From assembly GCA_028707055.1 (NCBI GenBank), contig JAQTVA010000001.1:1-46541 (forward strand): a stretch of DNA of 46,541 nt, given 5' to 3'. Positions 18,788 to 27,723 of the stretch are shown one piece after another; position 1 is the first letter of the stretch; each line of letters opens with the position of its first letter. Below the pieces are notes generated by a model that saw only the letters and a program-made list of their open reading frames with translations, was not told the DNA's origin and made no database searches. The stretch is from Candidatus Bipolaricaulis sp. (lineage in GTDB: Bacteria > Bipolaricaulota > Bipolaricaulia > UBA7950 > UBA9294). The translations under genes were made by a program, and so were the position numbers.

Positions 18788-19320
18788 TGCTGCTACGTGA
18801 ACGGTACGTGCGAGAGATCGCTCCGAAGTTGAGGAAGGAGATTGGGATCTCCAACGTCATGGAGCTTCCGCGGGTCGAGAAGGTCGTCATCAACATGGGG
18901 GTGGCGGAGAAGGACAACCCGAAGGTCCTCGAGGGTGCGGTTCAGAACCTCGCGAAGATCACCGGGCAGAAGCCCGTCGTCACCAAGGCGAAGAAGTCGA
19001 TCTCGGACTTCAAGCTGACGGCTGGAGACCCCATCGGATGCAAGGTGACGCTGCGGGGCGAGCGGGCGTACGAGTTCTTGAACAAGCTGTTCAACGTCGT
19101 CCTCCCCGGCATCCGCGACTTCCGCGGTGTTTCGTCGTCCTCGTTCGACGGGCGCGGCAACTACACGATCGGTCTGACCGAGCAGCTGACGTTCCCGGAG
19201 ATCGAGTACAACGAGATCGTCAAGAATCAGGGCATGGACATTACCATCGTGACGACGGCCCGCAGCGACCGTGAGGGATACCTGTTCCTCAAGGCGCTGG
19301 GGCTGGCGTTCAGCGACTAG
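18787..19320 (+). CDS. rplE: 50S ribosomal protein L5
   Basis: LRERYVREIAPKL...LPRVEKVVINMGV...DFRGVSSSSFDGRGNYTIGLTEQLTFPEI. The ATG shares 1 nt with the rplX stop (TGATG). Confidence 0.97.
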   Translation: MLLRERYVREIAPKLRKEIGISNVMELPRVEKVVINMGVAEKDNPKVLEGAVQNLAKITGQKPVVTKAKKSISDFKLTAGDPIGCKVTLRGERAYEFLNKLFNVVLPGIRDFRGVSSSSFDGRGNYTIGLTEQLTFPEIEYNEIVKNQGMDITIVTTARSDREGYLFLKALGLAFSD

Positions 19321-19329
19321 GGGGCGAGG

Positions 19330-19515
19330 ATGGCGAGGAAAGCGCTGGTCAACAAGTGCAAGGGGACGCCGAAGTTCTCTGTCCGGAAGTACCACCGGTG
19401 CACGCTGTGTGGACGTCCGCACGCGTTCATTCGGGACTTCGGAATCTGCCGGCTCTGCTTCCGCAAGCTTGCCCATGGTGGCGAGATCCCAGGGATCAAG
19501 AAGTCGAGCTGGTAG
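19330..19515 (+). CDS. rpsZ: 30S ribosomal protein S14, type Z (zinc-binding, 61 aa)
   Basis: MARKALVNK...[41 protein letters not shown]. Confidence 0.97.
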   Translation: MARKALVNKCKGTPKFSVRKYHRCTLCGRPHAFIRDFGICRLCFRKLAHGGEIPGIKKSSW

Positions 19516-19521
19516 GAGGGC

Positions 19522-19929
19522 ATGATGATTCCGTATCCGATTGGCGACATGCTGACGCGCATCCGCAATGCGAACGCGCGGTTCCACGATGATGTGGTGA
19601 TGCCCCACTCGAAGCTCAAGGAAGCGATTGCCGACATTCTGGCGAAGGAAGGCTACATCGCCAGCTACGAGGTCGTGGAGCGAGAGCCGCAACCGGAACT
19701 CCGGATCCGCCTGAAGTACAAGGGCGATCGCAACCGTGCGACCCGGGCGATCAGCGCCATCCAGCTCGTGAGCCGGCCGAGCCGGCGGGTCTACGTCGCG
19801 AAGGGCGAGATTCCCCATCCGCTGGGCGGCATGGGCATCTGCATCGTGTCGACGTCCCAGGGCGTCCTGTCGGGACGGGACGCGCAGGAGCGCGGCATCG
19901 GCGGCGAAGTTCTGTGCGAGATTTGGTAG
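19522..19929 (+). CDS. rpsH: 30S ribosomal protein S8
   Basis: PIGDMLTRIRNANARFHDDV...GMGICIVSTSQGVLSGRDAQERGIGGEVLCEIW. The second ATG at 19525 has better RBS spacing, so the start is uncertain by 3 nt. Confidence 0.96.
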   Translation: MMIPYPIGDMLTRIRNANARFHDDVVMPHSKLKEAIADILAKEGYIASYEVVEREPQPELRIRLKYKGDRNRATRAISAIQLVSRPSRRVYVAKGEIPHPLGGMGICIVSTSQGVLSGRDAQERGIGGEVLCEIW

Positions 19930-19941
19930 GGTGATGCTGAA

Positions 19942-20499
19942 ATGTCGAAAGTCGGAAAGGTACCCGTCGCGATCCCTGCAGGGGTGAAGGTCACCGTCGA
20001 CGCGGCGACGTTCACCGTCGAAGGGAAGCACGGACGGTTGACGCAGGACTACCGTCCCGACATGGTGGAGATCGTCGTCGCCGATGGCGTGGCGACCGTC
20101 TCCCGCCGCAAGGAAGGCAAGACCTACCGTGCGTATCACGGGCTGTACCGAAGCCTTCTGGCGAACATGGTGAAGGGCGTGTCCGAGCGGTGGCAGAAGT
20201 CGCTGCTCATCCGGGGATTGGGGTACCGCGGGCGGCTGCAAGGGAACAAGGTCATCCTCGATCTGGGCTACTCGGGGCCGAAGGAGTACGAGTTGCCCGT
20301 GGGGATCGAGGCCGAGCTGCCCAATCCGAATGAGATCGTCATCCGGGGCGCTGACCGGCAGAGTGTGGGACAGGTGGCCGCGGAAATCCGGCGGCTTCGG
20401 AAGCCGAACGTCTACGACGGCAAGGGCATCCGCTACAAGGACGAGGTTGTCGTGCAGAAGGCGGGTAAGCTCGGCGGTCCGGGTGCCAGCGGCGCCTAG
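19942..20499 (+). CDS. rplF: 50S ribosomal protein L6
   Basis: SKVGKVPVAIPAGVKVTVD...GLGYRGRLQGNKVILDLGYSGP...RKPNVYDGKGIRYKDE. Confidence 0.97.
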   Translation: MSKVGKVPVAIPAGVKVTVDAATFTVEGKHGRLTQDYRPDMVEIVVADGVATVSRRKEGKTYRAYHGLYRSLLANMVKGVSERWQKSLLIRGLGYRGRLQGNKVILDLGYSGPKEYELPVGIEAELPNPNEIVIRGADRQSVGQVAAEIRRLRKPNVYDGKGIRYKDEVVVQKAGKLGGPGASGA

Positions 20500-20511
20500 G
20501 GAGTGTGAAGG

Positions 20512-20874
20512 ATGGCGAGGTTGAACCGGGCTCTGGAGAGGCAGAAGCGGCATCGCCGGATCCGCAAGCAGGTCATTGGATCCAGTGAGCGACCCCGCTT
20601 GTGCATCACGAAGACGCTGCATCACCTCTACGCGCAGGTCATCGATGACAGCGCCGGCCGCACGCTGGCGCAGGCGTCGACGCTCGATCCTGGGTTGCGC
20701 GCGGATGGGAAGGGGCCGAACGCCAAGACGGCCGTTCGGGTTGCGGCCCTGCTCAGCGAGCGAGCGGGGCAGGCCGGAGTGCGGGCGGTCGTGTTCGACC
20801 GCGGCGGACACCCGTATCACGGTGTGGTCTCGGCCTTTGCGGAGGAGTGTCGCAAGGGGGGGTTGGAGTTTTGA
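20512..20874 (+). CDS. rplR: 50S ribosomal protein L18
   Basis: RHRRIRKQVIGSSERPRLCITKTLHHLYAQVIDD...[28 protein letters not shown]. Confidence 0.97.
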   Translation: MARLNRALERQKRHRRIRKQVIGSSERPRLCITKTLHHLYAQVIDDSAGRTLAQASTLDPGLRADGKGPNAKTAVRVAALLSERAGQAGVRAVVFDRGGHPYHGVVSAFAEECRKGGLEF

Positions 20875-21368
20875 TCAGCCACGACGAGTTCGAGAACGAG
20901 ATCATCGACATCCGACGGGTGAGCAAGGTCACCAAGGGCGGCCGCAACCTGCGCTTCCGGGTCACCATGGTGGTGGGGGACCGCAAGGGGCAAGTCGGAG
21001 TCGGCGTGGGAAGCACGACCGAGATTCCGCGAGCGATCCAACAGGCGATCCGTGACGCCAAGAAGAACATGGTGACCGTCAACATGGAAGGGGACACCAT
21101 CCCCCACCAGGTTCAGGGGAAGTTCAAGGCGGGGAATGTGATGCTGAAGCCCGCGTACCCCGGAACCGGGGTGATCGCCGGAGTGACCGTGGGAGCGATC
21201 TGCCGACTCGCCGGGATCAAGGACGTGCTGACGAAGTCGATCGGGACGACGAATCCATTGACCCTGTCCCGCGCGGCTTTGGACGGCCTGGCTCATCTCC
21301 GCAATCGCCGCGACGTCGAGCAGCTGCGCGGCGTTCGCACGAGCGAGGAGGTTGGGCATGCGGCTTGA
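20871..21368 (+). CDS. rpsE: 30S ribosomal protein S5
   Basis: [37 protein letters not shown]...[14 protein letters not shown] prefer the TTG at 20871 (TTGA overlap with the rplR stop, AAGGGGGG RBS). The GTG at 20847 is the alternative start. Confidence 0.93.
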   Translation: MISHDEFENEIIDIRRVSKVTKGGRNLRFRVTMVVGDRKGQVGVGVGSTTEIPRAIQQAIRDAKKNMVTVNMEGDTIPHQVQGKFKAGNVMLKPAYPGTGVIAGVTVGAICRLAGIKDVLTKSIGTTNPLTLSRAALDGLAHLRNRRDVEQLRGVRTSEEVGHAA

Positions 21369-21804
21369 GGATCTTCGCCCCACGCAGGGGAGCACCCACC
21401 GCAGGAAGCGAGTGGGGCGCGGGTACGGCTCGGGCCGAGGAGGTCACGAGAGCGGCCGCGGAACCAAGGGACAGAACTCGCGCAGCGGCGGCGGGACGCG
21501 GTTGGGGTACGAAGGCGGACAGACTCCGATCTGGATGCGCGTTCCGAAGCGCGGCTTCCACAACTACAACCGCATCGAGTACGCGTGCGTGAATGTGGAC
21601 ACGCTCGAGGCGCGGTTCGAGGCGAACGAGGAGGTCACTCCCGAGGTGTTGGGAGAGATGCGCTTGGTGCGAGGCCGGAATCCCCTCGTGAAAGTCCTCG
21701 GACGCGGCGACCTTTCCAAGCCGCTGACGGTTCGTGCGCACCGGTTCGGTGCCGAGGCGAAGCGGAAGATCGAGGCGGCGGGTGGCAAGGCTGAGGTGAT
21801 CTAG
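21358..21804 (+). CDS. rplO: 50S ribosomal protein L15
   Basis: [56 protein letters not shown] is present. It overlaps the end of rpsE by 11 nt, which leaves no room for rpmD. Confidence 0.96.
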   Translation: MRLEDLRPTQGSTHRRKRVGRGYGSGRGGHESGRGTKGQNSRSGGGTRLGYEGGQTPIWMRVPKRGFHNYNRIEYACVNVDTLEARFEANEEVTPEVLGEMRLVRGRNPLVKVLGRGDLSKPLTVRAHRFGAEAKRKIEAAGGKAEVI

Positions 21805-21806
21805 CC

Positions 21807-23096
21807 GTGTGGGAGAAAATCACCAGCCTGTTCAAGGTTCCTGAGCTCCGCAAACGTATTCTGTTCACGCTTGGGGCGATCATCGTCTTCCGAATCGGAA
21901 CGCACATCACGGTTCCGGGCGTGAGTCGAGCCCTGCTGAGCGACTTCTTCACGCAGCAGGGCGGGGGCGTCTTCGACTTCCTGAACATGTTCACGGGCGG
22001 CGCGCTGCAGCGCTTCTCGCTGTTTGCGCTCGGCGTGACGCCGTACATCAACGCCTCGATCATCTTCAGCCTGCTGACGTCCGTCATCCCGAAGTTGAAG
22101 GAACTCCAGCAACAGGGACGCGAAGGGCGGCGGAAGATCACGTCGTACACCCGCTGGGCGACCATCGTCTTGGCCGTCGTCGAGGGTGCGTTCATGACGA
22201 GCCTGATCCGTGGAGCGGCCTCCACGAACTCGGTGATCCTGTTCTACATCACCACCATCGTGACCCTGACGACGGGGACCGTCTTCCTGATGTGGCTCGG
22301 TGAGCGCATGACGGAGAACGGGATTGGCAACGGAATCAGCATGCTGATCATGATCGGTATCCTGTCGCGCTTCCCGGCGTCGCTCAGCTCCATGTGGACG
22401 AGCATCTCGACCGGATCGGCCAGTCCGGTTTGGGGGCTGGTGTTCATCGCGCTCCTGATCGTCGTCGTGGCGGCGATGACGATGGTGCAACAGGGTCAGC
22501 GGAAGATTCAGATCCAGTACGCCAAGCGGACGATGGGGCGGAGGATCTACGGAGGACACACGTCGCACCTGCCGTTGCGCGTCAACCAGGGCGGCGTCAT
22601 CCCGATCATCTTCGCGTCGGCCTTGCTCAGCCTGCCGGTCACGCTGTTCCAGGCGGTTCCGGCGCTCAAGCCCTATGTCCCGTGGATCCAGTCGGGGAGT
22701 CCGCTGTACGTCGGTCTGTACATCCTCCTCATCTTCTTCTTCACGTACTTCTACAGCTCGATCGTGTTCGATCCGAATGACATCGCGAAGAACGTCCGCG
22801 AGGCCGGCGGGTTCATTCCCGGGGTGCGGCCGGGCAAGCCGACGGCCGACTATATCGTTGGAGTGACGAACCGCATCCTGCTCGTCGGCGCGGTGTTCCT
22901 CGCGTTGGTGGCCGTGCTGCCGTACATCCTCTCCTGGGCGAGCGGGCTGTCGACGATGTTCCTGATCGGAGGAACCTCGCTTCTGATCGTCGTCGGCGTC
23001 GGCATCGACACGCTGATGCAGATCGAGGCCCACCTCGTGATGCGCCACTACGACAGCCTGACGAAGTCGGGGCGCCTCCTGGGAAGGAAGGGCTGA
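21807..23096 (+). CDS. secY: preprotein translocase subunit SecY
   Basis: VPELRKRILFTLGAIIVFRIGTHITVPG...LFALGVTPYINASIIFSLL...GTSLLIVVGVGIDT. GTG start. Confidence 0.97.
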   Translation: MWEKITSLFKVPELRKRILFTLGAIIVFRIGTHITVPGVSRALLSDFFTQQGGGVFDFLNMFTGGALQRFSLFALGVTPYINASIIFSLLTSVIPKLKELQQQGREGRRKITSYTRWATIVLAVVEGAFMTSLIRGAASTNSVILFYITTIVTLTTGTVFLMWLGERMTENGIGNGISMLIMIGILSRFPASLSSMWTSISTGSASPVWGLVFIALLIVVVAAMTMVQQGQRKIQIQYAKRTMGRRIYGGHTSHLPLRVNQGGVIPIIFASALLSLPVTLFQAVPALKPYVPWIQSGSPLYVGLYILLIFFFTYFYSSIVFDPNDIAKNVREAGGFIPGVRPGKPTADYIVGVTNRILLVGAVFLALVAVLPYILSWASGLSTMFLIGGTSLLIVVGVGIDTLMQIEAHLVMRHYDSLTKSGRLLGRKG

Positions 23097-23731
23097 TGGC
23101 CGCAGCGCGGAGGATCGTGTTCCTCGGGCCGCCGGGAGCGGGGAAGGGGACCCAGGCGAAGCGGGTCGTCAGGGAGCTCGGACTCGAGCACCTGTCGACG
23201 GGCGACATCCTGCGCGACGAGGTCGCGCGAGCGACGGAGCTCGGGGAGAAGGCCAAGGGATTCATGGACCGCGGCGAGCTGGTTCCCGACGACCTGATCA
23301 TCGACATGGTCCGCGGCCGCATCGAGCGGGCGAAGAAGGGGTTTGTGCTCGACGGATTCCCGCGGACGGTCGCTCAGGCCGAGGCCCTGGACCGGATCAG
23401 CCCGCTCGACGCCGTCGTGAACATCGACCTCTCACGGGACGAGGTCGTTCGGCGACTCACCGCGAGGCGCGTGTGCCGAAGCTGCGGGACGATCTACAAC
23501 GTCGGGTTCAACCTCGCGGCGGGGGTCACGCGATGCGAGGCGTGCGGCGGCGAGCTGTACCAGAGAGACGACGACCAGTCTGCGGTGATCGAGAACCGGT
23601 ACGACGTCTATGAGCGGTCGACGGCTCCCCTGATCGCCTTCTACCGCGCGCGCAGCCTCCTGAAGCCAGTGGACGGGAAGCTTGGAAGCGACCGAGTCTT
23701 CGCCGAAGTCATGCGGATCCTCGCGGCATGA
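23096..23731 (+). CDS. adk: adenylate kinase (four-Cys zinc lid)
   Basis: IVFLGPPGAGKGTQAK...STGDILR...LDGFPRTVAQAEAL. The lid is CRSCGTIYN...CEACGGEL. Confidence 0.97.
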   Translation: MAAARRIVFLGPPGAGKGTQAKRVVRELGLEHLSTGDILRDEVARATELGEKAKGFMDRGELVPDDLIIDMVRGRIERAKKGFVLDGFPRTVAQAEALDRISPLDAVVNIDLSRDEVVRRLTARRVCRSCGTIYNVGFNLAAGVTRCEACGGELYQRDDDQSAVIENRYDVYERSTAPLIAFYRARSLLKPVDGKLGSDRVFAEVMRILAA

Positions 23732-24504
23732 TCCCGCTCAAGTCCCCCGAGGAGCTTGCGGTGATGCGGGAGAACGGGGCGCTGCTTGCGGGCATCTTGG
23801 AGCGGTTGTGCGAGGACGTGCGCCCGGGAAGGACGACGGCGTACTTCGATCGTCTGGCCCGATCGCTGATTGCGGAGTGCGGTGGCGAGACGGCGTTCGA
23901 CCGTCTCGCAGGGTTTCCGGGGGCGATCAACGCCTCGCTGAACGAGGAGATCGTGCACGGGATCCCGAGCGACGACCGGGTCCTCGCAGAAGGGGACGTG
24001 TTTTCGGTCGACATCGGCATGGTTCGGCGCGGGTTCTGCGTCGACATGGCGACAACGGTCGGGGTTGGGAGGATCGGTGCGGAGGCGCAGAGGCTCTTGG
24101 AAGTCGGAGAGGAAAGCTTGTGGGAAGGGATTCGGAACGTTAGAATCGGCAATCGAGTGTCGGACGTATCCCACGCGATCGGCTCCTTCGTCGAGGCGAA
24201 GGGTTACTTCGTCGTCCGGGAGTATGTCGGGCACGGGATCGGAAGGAACCTGCACGAGGACCCTCAGATTCCGAACTACGGTCCTGCGGGGCACGGTCCT
24301 CGCCTGCGGGCGGGGATGACCCTGGCGATCGAACCGATGGTGAAGACGGATCCCCTTCCAACGGAAGTGCGGGACGATCGGTGGACCGTGGCGACGGCGT
24401 CGGGAGGGCTTTCTGTGCATTTTGAGCATACGGTCGCTCTGACCGGGCAAGGCGTCGTAGTCCTGACCCAAGGAGGTGACGCAAGGCGCAGTGTCGACGA
24501 ATGA
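23728..24504 (+). CDS. map: type I methionine aminopeptidase
   Basis: [16 protein letters not shown]...VHGIPSD...GDVFSVDIG...[20 protein letters not shown]...LAIEPM...HFEHTV. Confidence 0.96.
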   Translation: MIPLKSPEELAVMRENGALLAGILERLCEDVRPGRTTAYFDRLARSLIAECGGETAFDRLAGFPGAINASLNEEIVHGIPSDDRVLAEGDVFSVDIGMVRRGFCVDMATTVGVGRIGAEAQRLLEVGEESLWEGIRNVRIGNRVSDVSHAIGSFVEAKGYFVVREYVGHGIGRNLHEDPQIPNYGPAGHGPRLRAGMTLAIEPMVKTDPLPTEVRDDRWTVATASGGLSVHFEHTVALTGQGVVVLTQGGDARRSVDE

Positions 24505-24730
24505 AGCTCGCGACAAGAAAGTGGACATCATTCGGCAGCGAGGGGAAGTCCTCGAGAGTCTGCCGAGTTCGATGTTTCGCGTGAAGTTGCCGAATGGCCA
24601 CGTCATTCTGTGTCACATCTCCGGGCGGATCCGGAAGCACTACATCCGGATTCTGACGGGGGACCGAGTGATCGTGGAGATGTCGCCCTACGACCTGACG
24701 AAGGGGCGGATCGTGTACCGCGAGGGGTAG
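24491..24730 (+). CDS. infA: translation initiation factor IF-1
   Basis: [61 protein letters not shown] chose the GTG at 24491 downstream of AAGGAGGTGA. The ORF-track start at 24476 overlaps that RBS. Confidence 0.9.
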   Translation: MSTNEARDKKVDIIRQRGEVLESLPSSMFRVKLPNGHVILCHISGRIRKHYIRILTGDRVIVEMSPYDLTKGRIVYREG

Positions 24731-24750
24731 TTCGTCTTGCGCCGATGGCG

Positions 24751-24864
24751 ATGAAGGTTCGAGCCTCAGTCAAGAAGATGTGTGCGAAGTGCAAGGTGAT
24801 CCGGCGGGAGGGTCGCGTGTTGGTGATCTGCCGGAATCCAAAGCACAAGCAGCGGCAAGGCTAG
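24751..24864 (+). CDS. rpmJ: 50S ribosomal protein L36 (zinc-binding form)
   Basis: [37 protein letters not shown], 37 aa. Confidence 0.96.
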   Translation: MKVRASVKKMCAKCKVIRREGRVLVICRNPKHKQRQG

Positions 24865-24874
24865 GGGGAGAGGT

Positions 24875-25240
24875 ATGGCGCGTATAGCCGGAGTCAATCT
24901 GCCGAGCAACAAGCGGATCGAGGTTGCGCTGACGTACATCTACGGAATCGGGCAGCCGCGCTCCGCCGAGATCATCGAGAAGACCGGGATCTCGCCCGAC
25001 GTGCGAGTGAAAGACCTGACGGAGAACGAGGTCGCCAACCTCCGCCGCGAGGTGGAGCAGTACGTGGTGGAAGGGGATCTCCGACGGCGGGTGTACGCGA
25101 GCATCCAGCGGCTGAAGGACATCAACTCGTATCGCGGCATTCGGCACAAGAAGCGACTTCCGGTTCGGGGGCAGCGCACGCGGGCGAATGCCCGCACGTG
25201 GAAGGGTCCGCGTCCGGCCAAAGCCGGGAAGAAGAGGTAA
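24875..25240 (+). CDS. rpsM: 30S ribosomal protein S13
   Basis: [26 protein letters not shown]...[23 protein letters not shown]. Confidence 0.98.
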   Translation: MARIAGVNLPSNKRIEVALTYIYGIGQPRSAEIIEKTGISPDVRVKDLTENEVANLRREVEQYVVEGDLRRRVYASIQRLKDINSYRGIRHKKRLPVRGQRTRANARTWKGPRPAKAGKKR

Positions 25241-25243
25241 CCG

Positions 25244-25591
25244 ATGGCGACGAAGAACATCAAGCTGGAACGCGCGCTGATCCACGTCCATTCGACCTTC
25301 AACAACACGATCATCACGGTGACGGATCCCGGGGGCCATCCCGTGGCCTGGAAGAGCCCGGGGACGGTCGGCTACAAAGGGTCGAAGAAGGGTACTCCGT
25401 ATGCGGCGCAGATCGCCGCGGAGGCGCTGGTCCGCGAGATGAAGGACTACGGGATCCGAAGCGTCGCCGTCCGCGTCAAGGGCACGGGATCAGGGCGGCA
25501 GTCCGTCGTCCAGACGATCAAGGCGTCGGGGATTCGCGTCGAGGAAGTCAAGAACGTGACGCCGGTTTCGCACAGCAAGGGGAGACGATAA
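25244..25591 (+). CDS. rpsK: 30S ribosomal protein S11
   Basis: IHVHSTFNNTIITVTDPGG...GSKKGTPYAAQIAAE...VRVKGTGSGRQS. Confidence 0.98.
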   Translation: MATKNIKLERALIHVHSTFNNTIITVTDPGGHPVAWKSPGTVGYKGSKKGTPYAAQIAAEALVREMKDYGIRSVAVRVKGTGSGRQSVVQTIKASGIRVEEVKNVTPVSHSKGRR

Positions 25592-26214
25592 TGGGACGCG
25601 ACACGGGCGCGAAGTGCAAGCAGTGCCGCCGGGAAGGTGAGAAGCTGTTCCTGAAGGGGGACCGCTGCTACTCACGGAGTTGTGCTTTGGCACGGCGGAC
25701 GAATCCCCCCGGAGAAGGTCCGAAGAAGCGGCGGCCGAGACGGAGCCAGTTCCTCCTTCACCTGCGAGAGAAGCAGAAGGCGCGCCGGATCTACGGCGTG
25801 CGGGAGCAGCAGTTCCGCATCTACGTCGCTCAGGCGAAGGGCGTCAAAGGCGCAACGGGAACGGCGCTCCTCTCGACGCTCGAGCAGCGGTTCGACAACA
25901 TGGTCTATCGTGCCGGGTTTGCCTCGTCTCGCCAGCAGGCTCGACAGATGATCACCCATGGGCACTTCGAAGTGAACGGACGCTCGACGAACATCCCGTC
26001 CCTGATCATGGGTCAGGGCGACGTCGGCTCGGTGAAGGAAGGGCGGCGCGAGAAGGTCAAGGCGATCGTGGGAGCGAACCTGGACCGCGACGTTCCGCCG
26101 TGGATTGAGCGCAACGCGGACGCGATGAAGTTCCAGCTCATCGCGGCCCCGGATCTCACGCGGACGGGCCTCGACATCGCGGCGAACCTGATCGTCGAGT
26201 TCTACTCCCGCTAG
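25591..26214 (+). CDS. rpsD: 30S ribosomal protein S4 (N-terminal four-Cys cluster)
   Basis: MGRDTGAKCKQCRREGEKLFLKGDRCYSRSCA...LREKQKARRIYGVREQQF...LDNMVYRAGFASSRQQARQMITHGHFEVNG. TAATG overlap with rpsK. The ORF-track start at 25198 lies inside rpsM/rpsK. Confidence 0.96.
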   Translation: MGRDTGAKCKQCRREGEKLFLKGDRCYSRSCALARRTNPPGEGPKKRRPRRSQFLLHLREKQKARRIYGVREQQFRIYVAQAKGVKGATGTALLSTLEQRFDNMVYRAGFASSRQQARQMITHGHFEVNGRSTNIPSLIMGQGDVGSVKEGRREKVKAIVGANLDRDVPPWIERNADAMKFQLIAAPDLTRTGLDIAANLIVEFYSR

Positions 26215-26223
26215 GAGGTTTCG

Positions 26224-27177
26224 ATGGACGAGCTGGTCTTCCCTAAGGAGATCAAGGTCGAGGAACTCACCGAAACGACCGGGAAAATCGTCATCGGGCC
26301 GCTGGAGCAGGGGTTCGGGACCACGCTCGGGAATGCGTTGCGACGGACGCTCCTGGCAGCGATTCCTGGGGCGGCGGTCGTTCGGGTCCGGTTTGCCGGC
26401 AAGTACCACGAGTACGACACGATGGAAGGGGTCAAAGAGGACATCCTCGAGATCATCCTGAACCTCAAGGGGCTCGCGCTTCGGGTCCATGAGGAGGGAG
26501 TGAAGAGGCTCACGCTCGAGAAGAAGGGACGCGGCAAGGTGACGGCGGCCGACATCGATCTGCCCCCCGGTGTTGAGGTGATCAACCCGGACCTCCATAT
26601 CGCGACGCTGAACGACAAGGGCGTTCTCGACATGGAGATGGAGGTCGAAACGGGCTTCTCCTACCTCCCGGCGGAGCTGAACCGACCGGAAGACGCGCCG
26701 CTCTCCGTCATCCCGGTCGACGCCGACTTCTCGCCGGTCAAGCGCGTCAACTTCACGGTGGAGGACACGCGCGTGGGGGGGAAGTCGGGGTACGAGCGCC
26801 TCGTCCTGGAGCTGACGACGAACGGCGGAATCCGACCCGAAGAGGCGTTGTCCGAGGCCGGCCGCTTGTTGATGCGGCACCTGGAGCTGTTCCGTACCTT
26901 CTCCGAGCATCCGTTTGGGATGGCGATGGAGGAGGCGGGGGGCGGCGAGGAGCGCGAACTCTCGATCCCGCTCATCGATCTGGAGATCGATCAGCGGGCC
27001 TGCAACCTCCTCCAGGAGGCGGACATCACGACCCTCGGGCAGCTCCTGAACCGACCGAGGGAGGAACTGCTCGACATCCACGGGTTCGGGGCGAAGACGC
27101 TGAGCAAGGTCGAAGACCGGCTGGCCGAGCTCGGGTACTCGCTGAAGAGCGAAGGAGAGGTTCACGATGCGGCATAG
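26224..27177 (+). CDS. rpoA: DNA-directed RNA polymerase subunit alpha
   Basis: GKIVIGPLEQGFGTTLGNALRRTLLAAIPGAAV... The C-terminal domain is IDLEIDQRACNLLQEADITTLGQLLNRPREELLDIHGFGAKTLSKVEDRL. Confidence 0.97.
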   Translation: MDELVFPKEIKVEELTETTGKIVIGPLEQGFGTTLGNALRRTLLAAIPGAAVVRVRFAGKYHEYDTMEGVKEDILEIILNLKGLALRVHEEGVKRLTLEKKGRGKVTAADIDLPPGVEVINPDLHIATLNDKGVLDMEMEVETGFSYLPAELNRPEDAPLSVIPVDADFSPVKRVNFTVEDTRVGGKSGYERLVLELTTNGGIRPEEALSEAGRLLMRHLELFRTFSEHPFGMAMEEAGGGEERELSIPLIDLEIDQRACNLLQEADITTLGQLLNRPREELLDIHGFGAKTLSKVEDRLAELGYSLKSEGEVHDAA

Positions 27178-27520
27178 AGTGGCGATAGACAAGATGGGCA
27201 TGCTGCCGAGCCATCGGCGCAGCGTGCTCGCCAATCTGACGAACGCGCTCATCCTGCACTCGAAGGTCGATACGACCCTGCTGCGAGCGAAGGCGAGCCA
27301 GAAGTTCGCGGAGCGGCTGATCACGCTGGCGCGGCGCGGCGACCTTCACGCTCGGCGTATCGCGTTCTCTCGACTCCGGGACAAAGAAGCGGTCGACAAG
27401 CTGTTCACCGACATCGGTCCGAAGATGCAGAGCCGGACCGGGGGGTACACGCGTGTCGTGAAGCTCGGTCCTCGGCGCGGCGATGGCGCCGAGCAGGCGC
27501 GGTTGATGCTCGTCGAGTAG
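27167..27520 (+). CDS. rplQ: 50S ribosomal protein L17
   Basis: MRHRVAIDKMGMLPSHRRSVLANLTNALILHSKVDTTLLRAKA...RTGGYTRVVKLGPRRGDGAEQARLMLVE. Confidence 0.97.
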   Translation: MRHRVAIDKMGMLPSHRRSVLANLTNALILHSKVDTTLLRAKASQKFAERLITLARRGDLHARRIAFSRLRDKEAVDKLFTDIGPKMQSRTGGYTRVVKLGPRRGDGAEQARLMLVE

Positions 27521-27546
27521 CGAGACGGCACGGAGAAGAGAGGGAC

Positions 27547-27578
27547 GGGGCCCCGCGCGCGCGGGGTCTCTTCGTTTG
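27547..27578 (+). terminator. candidate intrinsic terminator after rplQ
   Basis: A GC-rich hairpin (CCCCGC-gcgc-GCGGGG, extendable with G-U pairs to about 10 bp) is followed by TCTCTTCGTTTGTG, 27 nt after the rplQ stop. Confidence 0.55.
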
Positions 27579-27580
27579 TG

Positions 27581-27719
27581 CCGACCAAACGGCTTGTGGC
27601 GCGTAGCCTGTGGCACGTAGAGGGAGGCAACGGCCCGGAAGCTCGAGGTTCTTCCCACAAGCCACGGGCCACAGGCTACGAGCCACAAACCGTTCGCTAC
27701 AGGCTACGGGCTACGAGCC
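27581..27719. repeat. array of degenerate 14-nt repeats (consensus about CCACAGGCTACGRG): 2 inverted copies, then a ~40-nt spacer, then 4-5 direct copies. The outer units form a 27-nt imperfect inverted repeat.
   Basis: Left arm 27587-27614 is aaacggcttgtggcgcgtagcctgtggc. Right arm 27668-27694 is gccacaggctacgagccacaaaccgtt (2 mismatches to the reverse complement of the left arm). The direct units are ccacaagccacggg, ccacaggctacgag, ccacaaaccgttcg, ctacaggctacggg. Confidence 0.8.
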
Positions 27720-27723
27720 GCGC

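Noticed and set aside
27587-27694. The inverted repeat considered as an integron attC site or IS terminal inverted repeats.
   Set aside because: - The ends do not fit the RYYYAAC/GTTRRRY cores.
- The arms enclose only ~50 nt with no cassette or transposase.
- No integrase is nearby.
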